The notes: a model not told the origin generated them from the letters alone. A DNA stretch of 64,000 bases from Camelus ferus (GCF_009834535.1 NC_045697.1:32242001-32306000), one strand, 5' to 3'; shown: positions 11,758-25,304, counted from the stretch's first letter. A program made the numbers and translations.

Positions 11758-13004
11758 GTCTCCAGTCGTGGACCATCGCCCCGGCACCGCTCTCTCATCT
11801 CTCAGAGGTGTAATTGCGGTAGATTCTTTGGGTTTATAAGACTTAGAGTGTAGGACCGCGTTGCTTATATATAAGCATTACTTTAGTTGTTGCTTATAAT
11901 AGCAGTATGAATTCATTCTCTCTCCGCCAGTCTACATTTATTGAACGTCTGCTTTGCAAGCACAAAGTCAGCTAAGCGCTTTTTTAAAATCAGTAAGCTC
12001 ATCTGAGTTAAGTTTAACACGCAGAAAGGCAAACTGCCACGGGGAACCGTGGAGCTGCTCAGTAAGAGGGAAGACTAGAAGGAGATATTAATGAGATACA
12101 AACTTGCTCTGAGTAATTATAGGAAAGGAGTAGAGGAAGCAGAATCAGCTTTGAACTGAGTATCGCAGATCTTTGTTCATGAGAGGGATGGAAGGAAGCA
12201 GGGCTGGGGAAGTTACTGCTAAGAAAGCAGCAGTCACTTAAAGGAAGAGTCCCATGGTCTCACCAGGTCCCATTAAAAACATTTACAGTCCTGTTAGGAA
12301 CTACAATCCGACTACCAGCATGGGGTAACAGGCAGATTCAAGTTTCCTTGGACACTACAAAAATAAGATAAATGTGTAGTGCTATGTCTCCAAACTCCTT
12401 ATCTAAAGTTCTGCACCTGGGCTGTAAATCCAACCTGCTTCTCTGGATCAAATAAACCCTTTGGGCTTAAAATTTTAGGCAAGAGAGAAATGTTCCATTC
12501 TCAGATATAATTTCAAACAGCAAAGTTTCTCACAGAGTGATAACTGGGGACAGTTTCTTAGCACTATAGCCTTGAGGTAGTTTTCAAAGGAAGTTTTTAA
12601 CACCTCCCCAGTACTATAATTTATCATATAACAAAAATCTATTGTGTATTTACTGTGGTCAAAAAGACCTACAAATAATAATAAAAGAGTCTTGCAGGGA
12701 CTATTATTGGAGCATAGAAGGATGTTTATGAAATATATTCTTTTTCAGTGGTTTTACTTCTTTATGTGTTTCTGATACTAGAAAAGTATGTTCCGTCCCC
12801 ACTGTAAGTGCTGACAATGGTTAATTCTGCTTTGATTGCACTAAGTCATGTCCTGTCTTCCTTTTCTCTCAAGTTGGTGTTTCTCACCTCTTGCAATCCA
12901 TGTGCTATGCTCTGTACACCAAGATTAAAGCAAGAAGTTACTTCCATCAGAAATATTTAATATTGAACAGAAGACTGTTTTTGACAAGGACAGAGACAAG
13001 TGTA

Positions 13005-14385
13005 CTGAGTCATTCATTTGTCCATTCAATAAATATTTACCAGTTATGTGCCAGACAACAACGTGAGGAAAACAGACACACAGTCCTTGCTCCCAGTGAA
13101 CTAAGAGTCTTGTGGAGATACAGACATTACCCAGTAAATCCTAATAAAGGAAAGTAGTCTCAGTCCTGAGACTCTGAGATACTCTACTATGTTTGGGGAT
13201 ACCTGAGCATAGAAAGCACCTGTGGCTTGTCCTCCAAGTAAAGCCCCAAGGAATGGCAAGACTAACAGAAAGTCCCCCTGAACCAAGGTTTTGGATGACA
13301 AATTTGGTAGAAAAGTTTTAACAGGCTGTCACCCAGGGAAGGGGACAGGTTTACAGTGGCATAGTACATTAGAGGTGGCTATGGAGTTGACAGGAAAATA
13401 CACCTAATGACAGTCCTGGTCTACCACAGGCCACAGAGAAGCTTCAGACAGCAGTCATTCTGTGTAATCTTGAGTAGCTGAAGTTAGCTGATAGAGAGCC
13501 TGAAAAAGTGTTCTGGTCAACGTGTATCATGCAAATGAAAGCCAGTGGACAAAAGATGTTTCAGCAGACACCAATGGGGATATATACTGAAGACCAAGAC
13601 ACACAGGAAGAGATACCAGTGCAGTGGAAGTCACAGAAGAGAAAATGACTCTAGAACGGATGCCTCCACTGATGTAGACACCAATAGTCTCCCCACCATA
13701 AATGCCAGCCTGGGTCAAAGGTGGGGAAAAGGAATACTCAGAAATGCCATAACTGACACTTGAAATGACTGAAAGAAACCACTAAAACAATGAAATGAAC
13801 CTGAAAATAACTTTTAAGTTTCCCACTCTCATGAGAATAGGGCTTGAGGGAAAGATTTATGTAAAAGTTACATTAAAGCTGTATATTATATAGATATACT
13901 ACAGAAAAATAAGAAATGGCACATTGGAATTTATGGCCTATAAAATTTTAAAAAACCTGGATGCTACAAAACGTTTCAGCAGGATATGCCATGATCAGAT
14001 GTGTATGTGAAACAAAAATCACCCTGTATGCCTGTGAAGAGTCAATTCAAGTTGAGTCTGGAGTAGATCAGGGAAAACTGGATTTTGCCAGAAAATACAG
14101 AGGAGGACCCTGTAAGCCCAGGAATAGTTTGCACAAAGGTATGCAGGCAGGAAAGTAAAAGCCATAAGCATGGAATTCTGAATGACTCCCAGGCGGCTAA
14201 GAGTAGGGTATATTTCAAAAACTAGAGAAAGTTCATCTGGAAAGAGATGGAGATGACATGAAGTACCTTGCAGATGATGCGTAGAAGTTGGACTTGATAT
14301 TATGAGCAATGGGGAACCACCTGAGCTTTATGAACATAGTAAGAGACTAGCAGATTGTGTTTTAGGAAGAAGGAAGCAGAGTGGG
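13005..14385 (-). mobile_element. L2 relic interrupted by an LTR-like insert (~13155-13968)
   Basis: Reverse-complemented L2 3' end (tcattcatttgtccattcaataaatatttac...gtccttgctccc). L2-like sequence resumes at ~13970 (tcagcaggatatgccatgatcagatgtgtatg). Confidence 0.6.
13155..13968 (+). mobile_element. Ancient LTR relic (Gypsy-derived LTR85/88/MamGypLTR-like)
   Basis: Non-L2 block that splits the L2. It ends ggcttgagggaaagatt...agaaaaataagaaatggcaca...gctaca. The family is from recall only. Confidence 0.35.
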
Positions 14386-14479
14386 TGGGGACTGTATTAT
14401 AGCCACAAAAGTCGAGACACAGAAATACTCTAGGTTCATTTTGTATTTTCCTGAACCAGCTCTAGTACTAGGCATTTTA

Positions 14480-16360
14480 CTAATGGCTGATAGTGTTTTT
14501 GTTTTACTTTGTTTTGTTTTATCAAGAATGTTAGGTTTGACTCCCTGCATCTATTGAAACGATGGTATGGTTTTTCATTTTGGTCTGTTGTTGAATTACA
14601 GTGATTGATTTTCAAATGTGAAATATACCTTGCATTGCTGAGATAAACCTGACCCAAGCATGGTTTTCCTTGGTCATGGTCATCACCTTTCAGTCAGAAG
14701 CAACCAAAGATTTGCCTGCAAAGTTTTTGACAAATGCCTCTCTCCCCCTGGGTACGGCTTTAGCACTAGGCGAGAGTTCAGAGCTGGACAAAGTAAAACA
14801 AGCCTTGAAGTGACTTCTTCAAAGATTCTTCTCTCTTAAACAGAGAGGCTAAGTAATAATGGGCTGTTCTTTGGGAATGGGGGTGTGGAAATGGTCCAGC
14901 CCAGTTTTTCCTCCCTATAGTACTGGGAATGTAGGATTTTTGTTTGTTTGTGTTTTGTTTTGTTTTTGTTTTTGTTTTTGTCAAGGCTGCCATTGATCCA
15001 GGAGCAGGGAATGAAACGAGGGTCAGTTAAAACACACAAAACTGTTACTGACAGCCAGCAACTTAATGAAAAGCCCTCCCTCTGTTGCTGCAAGTCTGTC
15101 ATTAGTCTCCAGAGTTCTCAGAAAGTTGATTTTGATGGTTTGTCAATTTTCTTTCTGTTTTGATGGAGGGGCAGATTTTTGCATATCCTCACCCTACCAT
15201 TTTTGCTGGTGTCTTCAGTTGATTACTTTTTGAGCGAGCCTTGATAGTTAGTCTTTCAAGAAATATAAATTTTCTGTTGCCAAAATTATTGGCATAGCAT
15301 TGTTTATAATATTCCCTTGTTATCTATGCAATCTGTAATGATTTCACTTCTCTTATTTCTGATATTAGTGAACTGTTATCTTCATTTGTTTTCTCCCTAA
15401 TCACTGTGGTAAGATGTTTATTAATTTAATTGACCTTTTCAAAGAACCAGATTTTGGACTGATTGGATTTTGCACTGCTTTCTGTTTTCCATTGAATTGA
15501 TTTCTACTCTGATCTTTATTGTTTCCCAAATTCTGCTTACTTCAGGTTGAATTTTCACCTATTTTTCTGATTTCCTTAGGTGGAAGCTGAGATCATTGTT
15601 TTGCAACCTTTGTTATTTTCTCATGTAGACGTGTAGTGCTTTCTGTTTTCCCTCTTAGAGTTAATGGCATCTCTCAAATTTTTGTGTCTTATCTTTTTTC
15701 ATTCAGCAGAAAATTCTTTCTAATATCTTTTCTGATTTCTTTTTGACCCATAAGTTATTTAGAAATGTATTCTTAGTTTCCAGATATTTGGGTGTTTTCC
15801 AGATAGCTTTCTGTTTTTTATTTCTACTTTACTTCATTTTTGTTCAAAGAATATCCTTTGTATGATTTGATTCTTTTTAATTATAGTAACACTTGTTTGT
15901 AGCCCAGAATATGGTATATATTCATGTCCACTTGAAAAAAAGTGTGAATTCCATTTTGGGGATGGATTGTTCTATTAGATAAAGTTGGCAGTGTTCAAGT
16001 CTCTTATATCTTTATTGATTTTATATCACTTATTTTTATCAATTAATGAGAGAGTAATGTTGATATTGCAGATAATTACTGTAGATTTATGTATTTTTAT
16101 TGCCATTTTATCAGTGTTTGTTTCATGTCTTCTGATGCCCTGTTATTAGGTACAAAAACATTTAGGTTGGTTATGCAGTTTTGATAAATTGATCACTTTA
16201 TCATCATGAAAGGATCTCCTTTACCTGTAATAATATCTTTGCTCTTCAGTCTTTCTTGTCTGATGTTAATATCACCAATCCAACTTGCTTTTGATTAGTG
16301 TTTAAACAGAATATAGTTTCCATTCTTTTACTTTTAAACTATTCATGTATTTATGTTTAA
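14480..16360 (-). mobile_element. Old L1 (L1M) ORF2 relics, with an intercalated L1 5'-end-like piece (~14690-15215)
   Basis: T-rich antisense L1 signatures: ctgcatctattgaa...ccttgcattgctgagataaacc and ttttcaaagaaccagattttg...tttctactctgatctttattg. Confidence 0.75.
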
Positions 16361-16361
16361 A

Positions 16362-19300
16362 GTTTTTTTTAAAAGAAAACAGATTTACTGAAGTAGGATT
16401 GATATTCAAAAACTGCACGTATTTAATGTGTACAAGTTGATGAATTTGGGCATATGCACGCACCTGTGAAACCATCATCACAATCAAGGAAATAAACATA
16501 CCCGTCACCTCCACAAGTTTCCATATGTTCCCTCCCCTGCCTTTTTTTGCACAGTAAAAACAATTAATATGGGATCTACCCTCTTAACAAAATTTTTAAC
16601 TGCAATTTTAAGTATAGTATTTAAATTTTAAGTACAGTATTGTTAACATAATAGGTGCTATATTATATAGCAAATCTCTAGAACTTATTTATCTTACGTA
16701 ACTGAAAATTTATACCCATTGAACAACCAATTTCCTTTTTCCCCTGTCTGCAGCCTCTGGCAATCAGCACACTAGTCTCTGCTTCTGTGAATCTGGCTAT
16801 TTTAGATACCTCGTATAAGTAGAATGTCGTATTACTTGTCCTTCTGTGACTGGCTTGATCTCGTTTAGCATAATGTGCTCCGGGTTCATCCATGTTGCCA
16901 TATTTGACAGAATCTCCTTCATTTTAAGGCTCAGTGATATTTCACTGTATGTATATAGCACATGTTATTTTTTATCCATTCATCTGTTGATAGACACTTG
17001 GAATGTTTCCATATTTTGGGTGTTGTGAATAGTGATGCAGTGAATATGGGATGCAAATATCCCTTTGAGATCCTGATTCTAGTTCTTTTGGATATATACC
17101 CAGAAGTGAGATTGCTGGATCATATAGTAGTTCTATTTTAATTTTTTGAGTTCTCTCCATACTGTTTTCCACAGTGGCCGCACCGTTTTACATTCACACC
17201 AGCAGTGCCCACGGGTTCCGATTTCTCCACATTCACACTAACACTTGTTATCTTTTTTTGTTTGTTTGTTTGTTTTTGACAATAATCATCCTAAGTAGTG
17301 TGACAAGATTGTGGTTTTGATATGCATTTCCCTCATGATTAGTGATGTTGAGCACTTTTTCATGTTGGTCATTTTTATGCTTTCTTTGGAGAAATGTCTA
17401 TTCAAATCCTTTGCCCATTATTTAATTGAGTTATTTGTTATTTTGCTATTGAGTCGTAGGAGATCCTTATAATTTTGGATATTATCCCCTTACCGGATAC
17501 ATGGTCTGCAAATATTGCCCCTCATTGATTACTTCCTTTCCTGTATAGAAGGTTTTTTTGTTTGATGTAATCTTGCTAGTTTATTTTTGCTTTTGCTTCC
17601 TGTGCTTTTGGTGTTGTAGTTAAAAAATCATTGCAAACCAATGTAAAGAAGCTTTTCCCCTTTGTTTCCTTCTGGGAGTTTTACAATATCAGGTCTCATG
17701 TTTAAGTCTTCAGTTTATTTTGAGTTGACTTTTGTGTCCAGTTTCATTATCTTGCATGTGATATCCAGCCTTCTCAGTACCATTTACTAAGGAGACTGTT
17801 CTTTCTCCATTGTGCATTCTTGGCTCCTTTGTCAGAGATCAGTTGACTGCTTATGTGTGGTTTATTTCTGGGCTCTCTATTCTGTTCCATTGGCCCATAC
17901 ATCTATCTTTATGCCATTTCCATAATGTTTTAATTACTATAGTTTTGTATTATGTTTTGAAAATAGAAATGTAATGCCTCCAGCTTTGTTGTTCTTTCTC
18001 AGGAGTGTTTTGGCTGTTTGGAGTCTTTCTGATTTGATATGAATTTTAGGATTTTTTTCCTATTTCTGTGAAAAACACCATTGGGATATTGTTGGGGATA
18101 GCATTGAATCTGTAGATTGCTTTCAATAGTATGGACATTTTAACAATACTAAGTCTTCCAGTCCATTAACATGGGATGTCTTTCCATTTATTTGTGTCTT
18201 CTTTCTTTCATCATTTTTTTGTAGTTTTCCCGTGTATAAGTCTTTCATCTGCTTGGTTAAGTTTATTCCTAAGTATTTTATTCTTTTTGGTACTCTTGTG
18301 AATGGGATTGTTTTCTTAATTTCCCTAGTTAGATAGTTTTTGTTACTGTAGACAATGCAGCTGATTTTTTAAATGTTGATTTTATATCTGGCAACTTTAC
18401 TGAATTCATTTATTCTAATAGTTTGTTTGGGGTTTTTTTGGTAGAGTCTTTAGAGTTTCCTGCATATAGAATCAGGTCATCTGGCCAGCAGATAATTTTC
18501 TTATTTTTTCATATTTTACTTTTTTATTTTTCTTGCTCAGTTACTCTCACTAGGACTTCTAGTAATATGTTTAGAAGTGGCAAGAGTAGGCATCTTTGCC
18601 TTGTTAATGATCTTAGGAGAAAAGCTTTCAGTTTTTCACCTTTGAATATGATATTAGCTTTGAGTTTTTATAAGTGAACTTTATTATATTGAGGTAAATT
18701 TCTTCTATGCTTTGTTTGTTAAGCTATGTTTATCATGAAAGGGTGTTGAATTTTGTTAAATAACTTTTCTGTGTTGCAGCAATAATCATATGATTTTAAT
18801 CCTTTATTCTGTTAATGTAGTATGTTACATTAATTGATTGGCTTATTTTGTACCATCTCAGGGATAAATCCCACCTGGTCATGACATATAATTTTTAAAA
18901 TATGCTGTTTAATTCAGTTTGCTAGTATTTTGTTTAGGATTTTTGCATCTAGTTCATCAGAGATATTGGCCTGTAGCTTTCCATTTTCCCTTTTGTTTAT
19001 TTTGAAGTGCTCTAATCTTTATTATTTCCTTTCTTCTCCTAACTTTGGGCTTGGTATAGTCTTCTTTTTCTAGTTCTTTGAGGTGTAAAGTTAGATTGTT
19101 TGTTTGAGATCTTTTTTTATTTTCTAACGTAGGCATTTATTGCTACATTATTATTATTATTATCATTATTATTATCATTATTATTATTATTCTTTCTTAG
19201 AACTACTTTTGTTGCATCCTGTAAGTTTTGATATGTTGTGTTTTCATTTTCATTTTCTTCAAGATATTTTCTGATTTCTCTTTATTTCTTATTTGACCTG

Positions 19301-19450
19301 TTTGTTATTCAGGAGAGTAGTATTTGATTTCCACATATTTGTGAATTTTCCTTCTGTTGTGATTTCTAGTTTCATTCTATTGTGGTGAGAAAAGACATTT
19401 GATATAATTTCAGTCTTCTTAAAGTTCTTAAGACATGTTTTGTGACGTAA
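16362..19450 (-). mobile_element. L1MA-type (L1MA8/9-like) LINE, 5'-truncated, ~3.1 kb
   Basis: Reverse-complemented 3' UTR (gaaaccatcatcacaatcaagg...atctaccctcttaacaaa) followed by ORF2 homology. ORF-track peptides such as [18 protein letters not shown] and TEIISNVFSHHNRMKLEI are L1 ORF2 relics. Confidence 0.9.
19147..19191. repeat. (TTA/TCA)n microsatellite within L1
   Basis: Direct reading. Confidence 0.85.
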
Positions 19451-19459
19451 TGAAATACA

Positions 19460-20450
19460 GGGTAGTTTCCATCTCATGCAGTATAGTTTTCATCTCTAAA
19501 AATTTAATTGGAGTTTTAGATTTATTTTTGTCCATGTCTCTACTTAACATCTTCATTCTTTCCTTTGGTTTCTTGAACATATGGAATATAGTTAAAGTAA
19601 CTTTTTAATGTCCTTGTCTACTAGGCTTATTATTTATGTTATTTCAGATTCTCTTTTGATTGATCGATTTTTCTCCTCATTATGGTCATATTTTCCTGCT
19701 TATTTGCATTTCTGGTAAGTTGTCATTTCATTTTCACATCATGAATTTTGCTGGATATTATTATTTTCTAAAACTATCCTCGAGATTTGTTATGGGACGT
19801 GGCAAAGCTACTTAGAAAAAGTTTCTCTCTTTGGGTCTTGCTTTTAAGTTTTTTAAGGGAGGAGTAGAGTAGGGATTTTTCTAGTGAATTTTCCCTCCTA
19901 CTAAAGCAAGAACCTTCTTAGTGGTATTATAGCCTTACCTCATGAATTATTTTTCTCTTCTAGTTGTGGGAACAGGAACTATGTCTGTCTCTGTGAGTGC
20001 CTCAGACACTGTTCCCTCTGATCCTTTCAGGTGGTTCTCTCAGCATCAGGTCAGTTTCTTACCTGTTGTGCAGATCAATACTCAGCTGAATACTCCAGGG
20101 GTACACGCTTCAGGTCCTTAGCGTTCTCTCTCTGTGCCTCTAGCTTCTCTGTGATGCTCTGCCTTGCAAACTCTAGCTACCATGTCTTCCCTGGGTGCCT
20201 ATCCCTCAGCACAGGAAGACCGTGGGTCTCTGCCTCTGTTTCCTTTCCCTGCACTGCAGTGTGGAGCCGTTCTCCGGGCTGGGACAATGGTAGAGCTCAC
20301 GTTCTTGTTCTCCATCTCTCAGGGATACATGTCCTTCACTGTCTGATGTCTTGTGTCTTGAGAGCCTTTGTTTCAAGTATTTTACCCAGGTTTTTAGTTG
20401 TCAAAAAGGTGAATCAGAGCCCTCTGACTCCATCTCAGCTGGACTGAAAG
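19460..20450 (-). mobile_element. Old L1 (L1MC/MD-like) 5' region
   Basis: ttcttgaacatatggaatatagtt...ttttctcctcattatggtcatattttcctgc...tactcagctgaatactccagggg; typical L1MC/MD 5' sequence in antisense. Confidence 0.65.
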
Positions 20451-23034
20451 AATGGTCGGATCCTTGAAACACAATGTAATGAACTCTTATTACCCAAATT
20501 CCATTTAATTCTGAAAAGTGAGTTGCTGTGGCTAGTGAAAAAGCAGCACGTTTTCTTCTGCCAGTTATTACAACCTGTTTGCTTCCTATAAAAGTGACTA
20601 TTAAACCTTCAGAGACTCCTTCATTATAGTCATTATCAAGAATTACTTATAGCCATATCAAGCATAAAACCTGATAGAAAAAAAAATTATGCTCATGGAA
20701 TCCAGTTCAAATTTCTCAGAAGATAAAAAGATTTTATTTGGAAATCTTATATAAATTAAAATTTAATATCTTTTAAAATACTTTATCAGTTTTCTTATCT
20801 GAGTTATGTAACATAAACAAATTAATAAAACTTTCCACTAGCCTGCCACAGATGCCCTCAAAACTCCTTTAGTTCACCTCAGTGTGCTGTGCATATATGA
20901 TCTTTCTCTGTGTCCCAGTACATGAAGACATCTGTGAGCCCTCACATGGACAGTGAGTCTAAATCTTGAAAGACCTTTTGCTTTAAGTAGCAACTGCAGC
21001 GATGGGGATGGGCTTGCATGAGCTCATGACTGCTGGTTGGGGGCACCCAGAAAATTCGTGTGTGTGTATATATGTGTGTTTTAGTGTTTCTTGTTCAGGG
21101 TGTATAATAAAAGCAAAAAGTAAGTCAGATTTGATTCAGAAAGGAGCTAATTTTGTAGTCATCATTACGTTACTAGGCATCTTGTGGAATATTGATTGTA
21201 AAAATGACTTCCTTTCTCTGTCTCTCCTCAGATCCACACTCTGTCTAATACAACTGGGCTTTGCAGTGGCTCATTTTCTACCTCTATTGTAGCAATTGCT
21301 AACTAATACACATCTGTTGTGTTGTGATCAGATGGAGAAAGAATTTGATCATATGTGGATCCCTCCACACTCAGACATGATGAGAAAGCTCCCACACGTG
21401 TTGGATGTATCTGCTGAGGTGGGCTGCTTGACTCCCAGGCGAAAGTGTCGCCTGACCTTTTGTTTGCATCATGTAGGAGTGAATGTCTGCCAGATCAGAT
21501 ACTTTGGCTCACGACTCAGGCCTCCATGGGCAAGGCAGGCCATGAAGGCTGCCTTGAAATTTGATAAGCTTTCATTCATAATTTTAGCCGGATATTTGAC
21601 TCTACAAAAAGACAGGGCAAAAGCATTTTTAGGACAAATTGGAAAATGCTCATATCATCCATTTTTTAAAGGAAATATATAATACACAGTCTGAGAGTAC
21701 AAATGGGGGGGTAGATTTTTAATGTAAGTGGAATTTTGAGTCCGTCCATTTGGTTGTAAGGAGAGACTGGGAAAATTGACTTAAAGTCACGTTGCATAGC
21801 AGACTCATTGTTTTAAATAAGATTTTACGTTTGTTTGGGGTTGTTTGGGCTTTGATATACTTGGAAGAGGGGTTAGAGTCACCATTCATAGGACTGACCT
21901 TAACTAGAGGTCCCCCAACCCCCAAACACTGAAGTAGAATAAGAAAACTCTTACATTAAGAGTAGAAGGGATCGGGCAATTGATTAAATGAGAAATGCCC
22001 AGTGGCCTTCACACTTAAGAATGAGGGGACAGTCTCCTGATACGGAGATACGATGATTTAATTGTTAAGGGTGAAACAACAGTCTTTGTGTAAAAGCTAG
22101 ATGGCTATTGATAAATGTTTCGTTGAAATCAAATTCTCCCACATTTGCCTACCATGGTTTACATCTTAGCATATTTGCTTTTTATTACAGGAAGTTTCAT
22201 TCTGGACCGTATGATTTGTCATCTGTCTGCAGCCATCACAATTGAGTAACTCTTCCTTTAAATTAAAACAGGAACACTTCTTTCTGAAAGCCACAAGAGC
22301 CAGGCAGTAAAATTTGAGGAATTTATGTCAGCTCTGAGATTTTCAGAAGATTTCTTTAGATAAGAATCATAAAAATGCAGATGTTAAGAATATATAATAA
22401 GATTTAGGGAATTTCAATTTTAATAACATAGACTAAAGCCTTGTCCCTTGTCTATAATTTAATAAGGAAAATTTCCTTGGAATCATAAACGATGAAATTA
22501 TAGCCTCGGAGGCTTCTCAATGACAACTAGTGCTAAGATTAAATAAGAGCTTTAGAATTAAACATCACAGTGTCATTGTATTGAGGATTATGTCTTTGTA
22601 AATAATAGCTATAAAACTAAACCAGTGTGTTATGAAATTTTTACCACTAGAAGTTAAGGGGAAAAGTTTAGGGGCAAACTGAATCAATAATTTAAGATTA
22701 TAGACTAAAAAAATAGTGGCATTATTTTTTTAAACAGATAAAGCTGTTTGTACCATTTAATGAAATGCTTAATCTTTATACAGAGATTTTTTTCAAATGG
22801 AATGAAAACTTCTGCAATAATTAGAGTCCTAAATAATCTCGATGAGGATAGGGACCTCGTAGGTCTTGTCCACAGCTTGGGGACTCAGCACCCAGCCCCT
22901 GGCACCTTGTGGGTGTTCTTTGTATTTCAATTAGAAGTCAGAGCTGCTATGCTACACTTATACACAAGAGGGCATGATTGAGCCTGATGTAAGGCAGGCT
23001 GTGCTGATTATCCTAGAAACTGGGTTTTGTTTTT

Positions 23035-23380
23035 TCCAATTTTTTTTGTTTGTTTGTTTTGGTTTGGTTTTTTTGTGATTGAAGTATAGTTGCTTTATAA
23101 TGTTGTGTTAATTTCTGGTGTACAGCTTGGTGATTCAGTGTATATATATATTCCTTTTCATATTCTTTTCCATTATAGGCTGTTAACAAGATATTGAATA
23201 TAGTTTCCTCTGCTATACAGTAGGGCCTTGTTATTTATCTATTTTGTATGTTGTAGTTTGTATCTGCAATTCCCAAACTCCCCATTCATCCCTCCACCAT
23301 CCCTCTCCCCTCCCTGCCCCCGTAACCATAAGTTTGTTTTCTCTGTAAGTCTGTTTCTGTTTTGTAAGTAAGTTTGTATG
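23035..23380 (-). mobile_element. Lineage-specific (artiodactyl/camelid) L1 3' end, truncated
   Basis: T-rich tail, then attgaagtatagttg...atttctggtgtacagc...gctatacagtagggccttg...aaccataagtttgtttt. Same family as the copies at 31460, 43315 and 45325. Confidence 0.85.
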
Positions 23381-24609
23381 TGGAATCCGGTTGTTCTTTA
23401 TGGCTAGCAGGTCACTCTGGCTGACCTTCTATAGCATAGCAGTGACATATAATGAGGACTATTCAAAAGCTGAAGTTCACTGAAATTTAAATTTACTACA
23501 ATATAAAACTTAGCATCCACTTTAAATTTATAATATTTAAAAGATTCACCCAGAGAATGGAAAAAGAAAAACACAGAATAGAGTGATATAAAATTTTAGA
23601 ATTTCTTTTTTAAATAGCAACTCTTCCATGCAGACTGGGACTCTGTCTCAAATCACTGCCATAGGAATTGTGCTTTTATTTGGATTGCATAGTCCTTACA
23701 TTTCATTTTTTCCCCTTCTTGTGAGTAGTGAACTGAAGCAAATTAGTGTATGAAAATTAACATCGATAAAGAAAATGTATTCTTCAGCACATAAAATAGT
23801 GATGATAGGCAAGGGGTGGGATTGGAGGAGTGGCCCCCAGTGTTTTGCATGTTGGGGAGATGGAGGGAGCACTCTTGACCATCCTAGACTCTTGGTAGGT
23901 GGCTGTGCTCGTTCTATAAAGGTCCAAGGCACAGACGCTTTCTGACGATTGTACATTACAATTGCACAGCCATTATAGATGGTTCTTACTCACCTGTCTT
24001 CCAGCTCTCTCCCCATGGCCTCGCATTGCCTTTATTAAAAAATAAAGAGCCCAACAAATAGCCAAAAAAATTCGCTTGTCCATAACGAATTCCCCATATG
24101 TTTTTCTTCTTAGCAGTGGTCACCATGCTGTATTTGTTGCCAAAACTGATAGGCATTCTTCATCTTCGTATTTGATCTCTGGGAAGCATTTAATACCAAT
24201 GGCCTCTCTTCCATCTTAAAATACTGCTCTCTCCTGCTTTCTTTATTACTTCTGTGGACTTTCCTTTTCAGTCTGTCAAATGGGCTTTTCCGTCCAAGAT
24301 TCCCTCTTTGGCCCTCTCCTCTAAATACACAGTGTCTGGACACACACTCTTGCTCTGTGACTTCAGTTATATTGTTCCAAACTTATAACTTTAGCTTGAC
24401 TCTCCATCTTGAACTCTAGACCCCTGTGAAACTGAGCTCTGGGCTTTCCAACTAGAAATTCAGACGTGTTCAAAGAGATCTCATCACTCCCTACCCCAAG
24501 CCTGCTCCTCTCACATTGCTTAGTCCGTGAATGCAGTGCCATTGGGACAGTAGTCCAGGCCAGGTGTCTAAGTTCTTCTTTCTCCGTCTTCGCATCTAAT
24601 TAGGTACTC

Positions 24610-25062
24610 TGGGAGATGCTTCTGGTTATCCCTCCAACGGCCAATTCCAACCTTTTCCTCACCGCTATAGAGGAAGACAGGGCCAGATTTCGATTTCTCT
24701 CAACTTTCCTTGCCCTTAAGATGTGGGCATTTGTCCCAATCTGATTCATGGGATCTAAAGGGAAACCTGCTTAAAGTCTTCTGGAAAAAAATCTTCCTCT
24801 CTGATTAAAAAAAAAGAGATGCCTGTACAATAGATATCTCTCCTTCTTTCCTGTTGTGGACATTGCAGTTTGAGGATCCGATGCTCAAGGCTGCTGCCTG
24901 AGCCCATGAAAAGGAGAACCTCTGGTGGAGGAGTCGGCACAGAGTTCTGACAGGGACGTGGCAATCGTGTCTGTCTCCTGTCTTCGTGTATAGGAAAGTG
25001 ACATCCAGCGCTTCCCTTACTTAAAGTTGAAATTAATCTAGCTTAATGTTGTAAAGATACAG
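24610..25062 (+). mobile_element. MLT1I/J-like MaLR LTR
   Basis: tctggttatccctccaac...tttccttgccc...ttctggaaaaaaatcttcctctctga...gataca. Confidence 0.55.
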
Positions 25063-25304
25063 GTTGAAGGACAATTGATTTTAGCTCCTAAATATCTCTT
25101 AAATCCTCCTTTTTCTTTCATCCCCCCCCCGCCCCGGTTAATACCACCGCGTGGTCCTTCTTCATTTCTTGTATGGGTTGCTGCACCAACAGCCTGACCA
25201 GCGTGTCTTCTTCCACCCCTGTTTCTTCTTCTCCAGCCCAGCTGTCCCTCTGATATCAGAGGCATTTTCAGTTCAGACTTCACGTCAGATCCAGCCTCTG
25301 CCCT

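Larger units (their letters stand above)
11160..11800. promoter_or_regulatory. CpG-island promoter of GNPDA2
   Basis: The only strongly GC- and CpG-rich segment in an AT-rich window. It lies ~3 kb upstream of the start-codon exon. Confidence 0.9.

Noticed and set aside
11229..11798. Long ORFs (189, 172 and 89 aa) across the CpG island
   Set aside because: Low-complexity Arg/Ala/Gly/Pro translations are expected from GC-rich, stop-poor DNA. No recognisable domain, and they overlap the promoter and exon 1.
11940..12330. Possible LTR relic just upstream of the promoter
   Set aside because: Only a vague resemblance. I could not define termini or a family with confidence.
20031..20447. 138-aa ORF
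   Set aside because: Lies antisense within an old L1 5' region; no coding signature.
21296..21682. 128-aa ORF in apparently unique sequence
   Set aside because: TTG start, no recognisable homology or exon structure, and a length compatible with chance.
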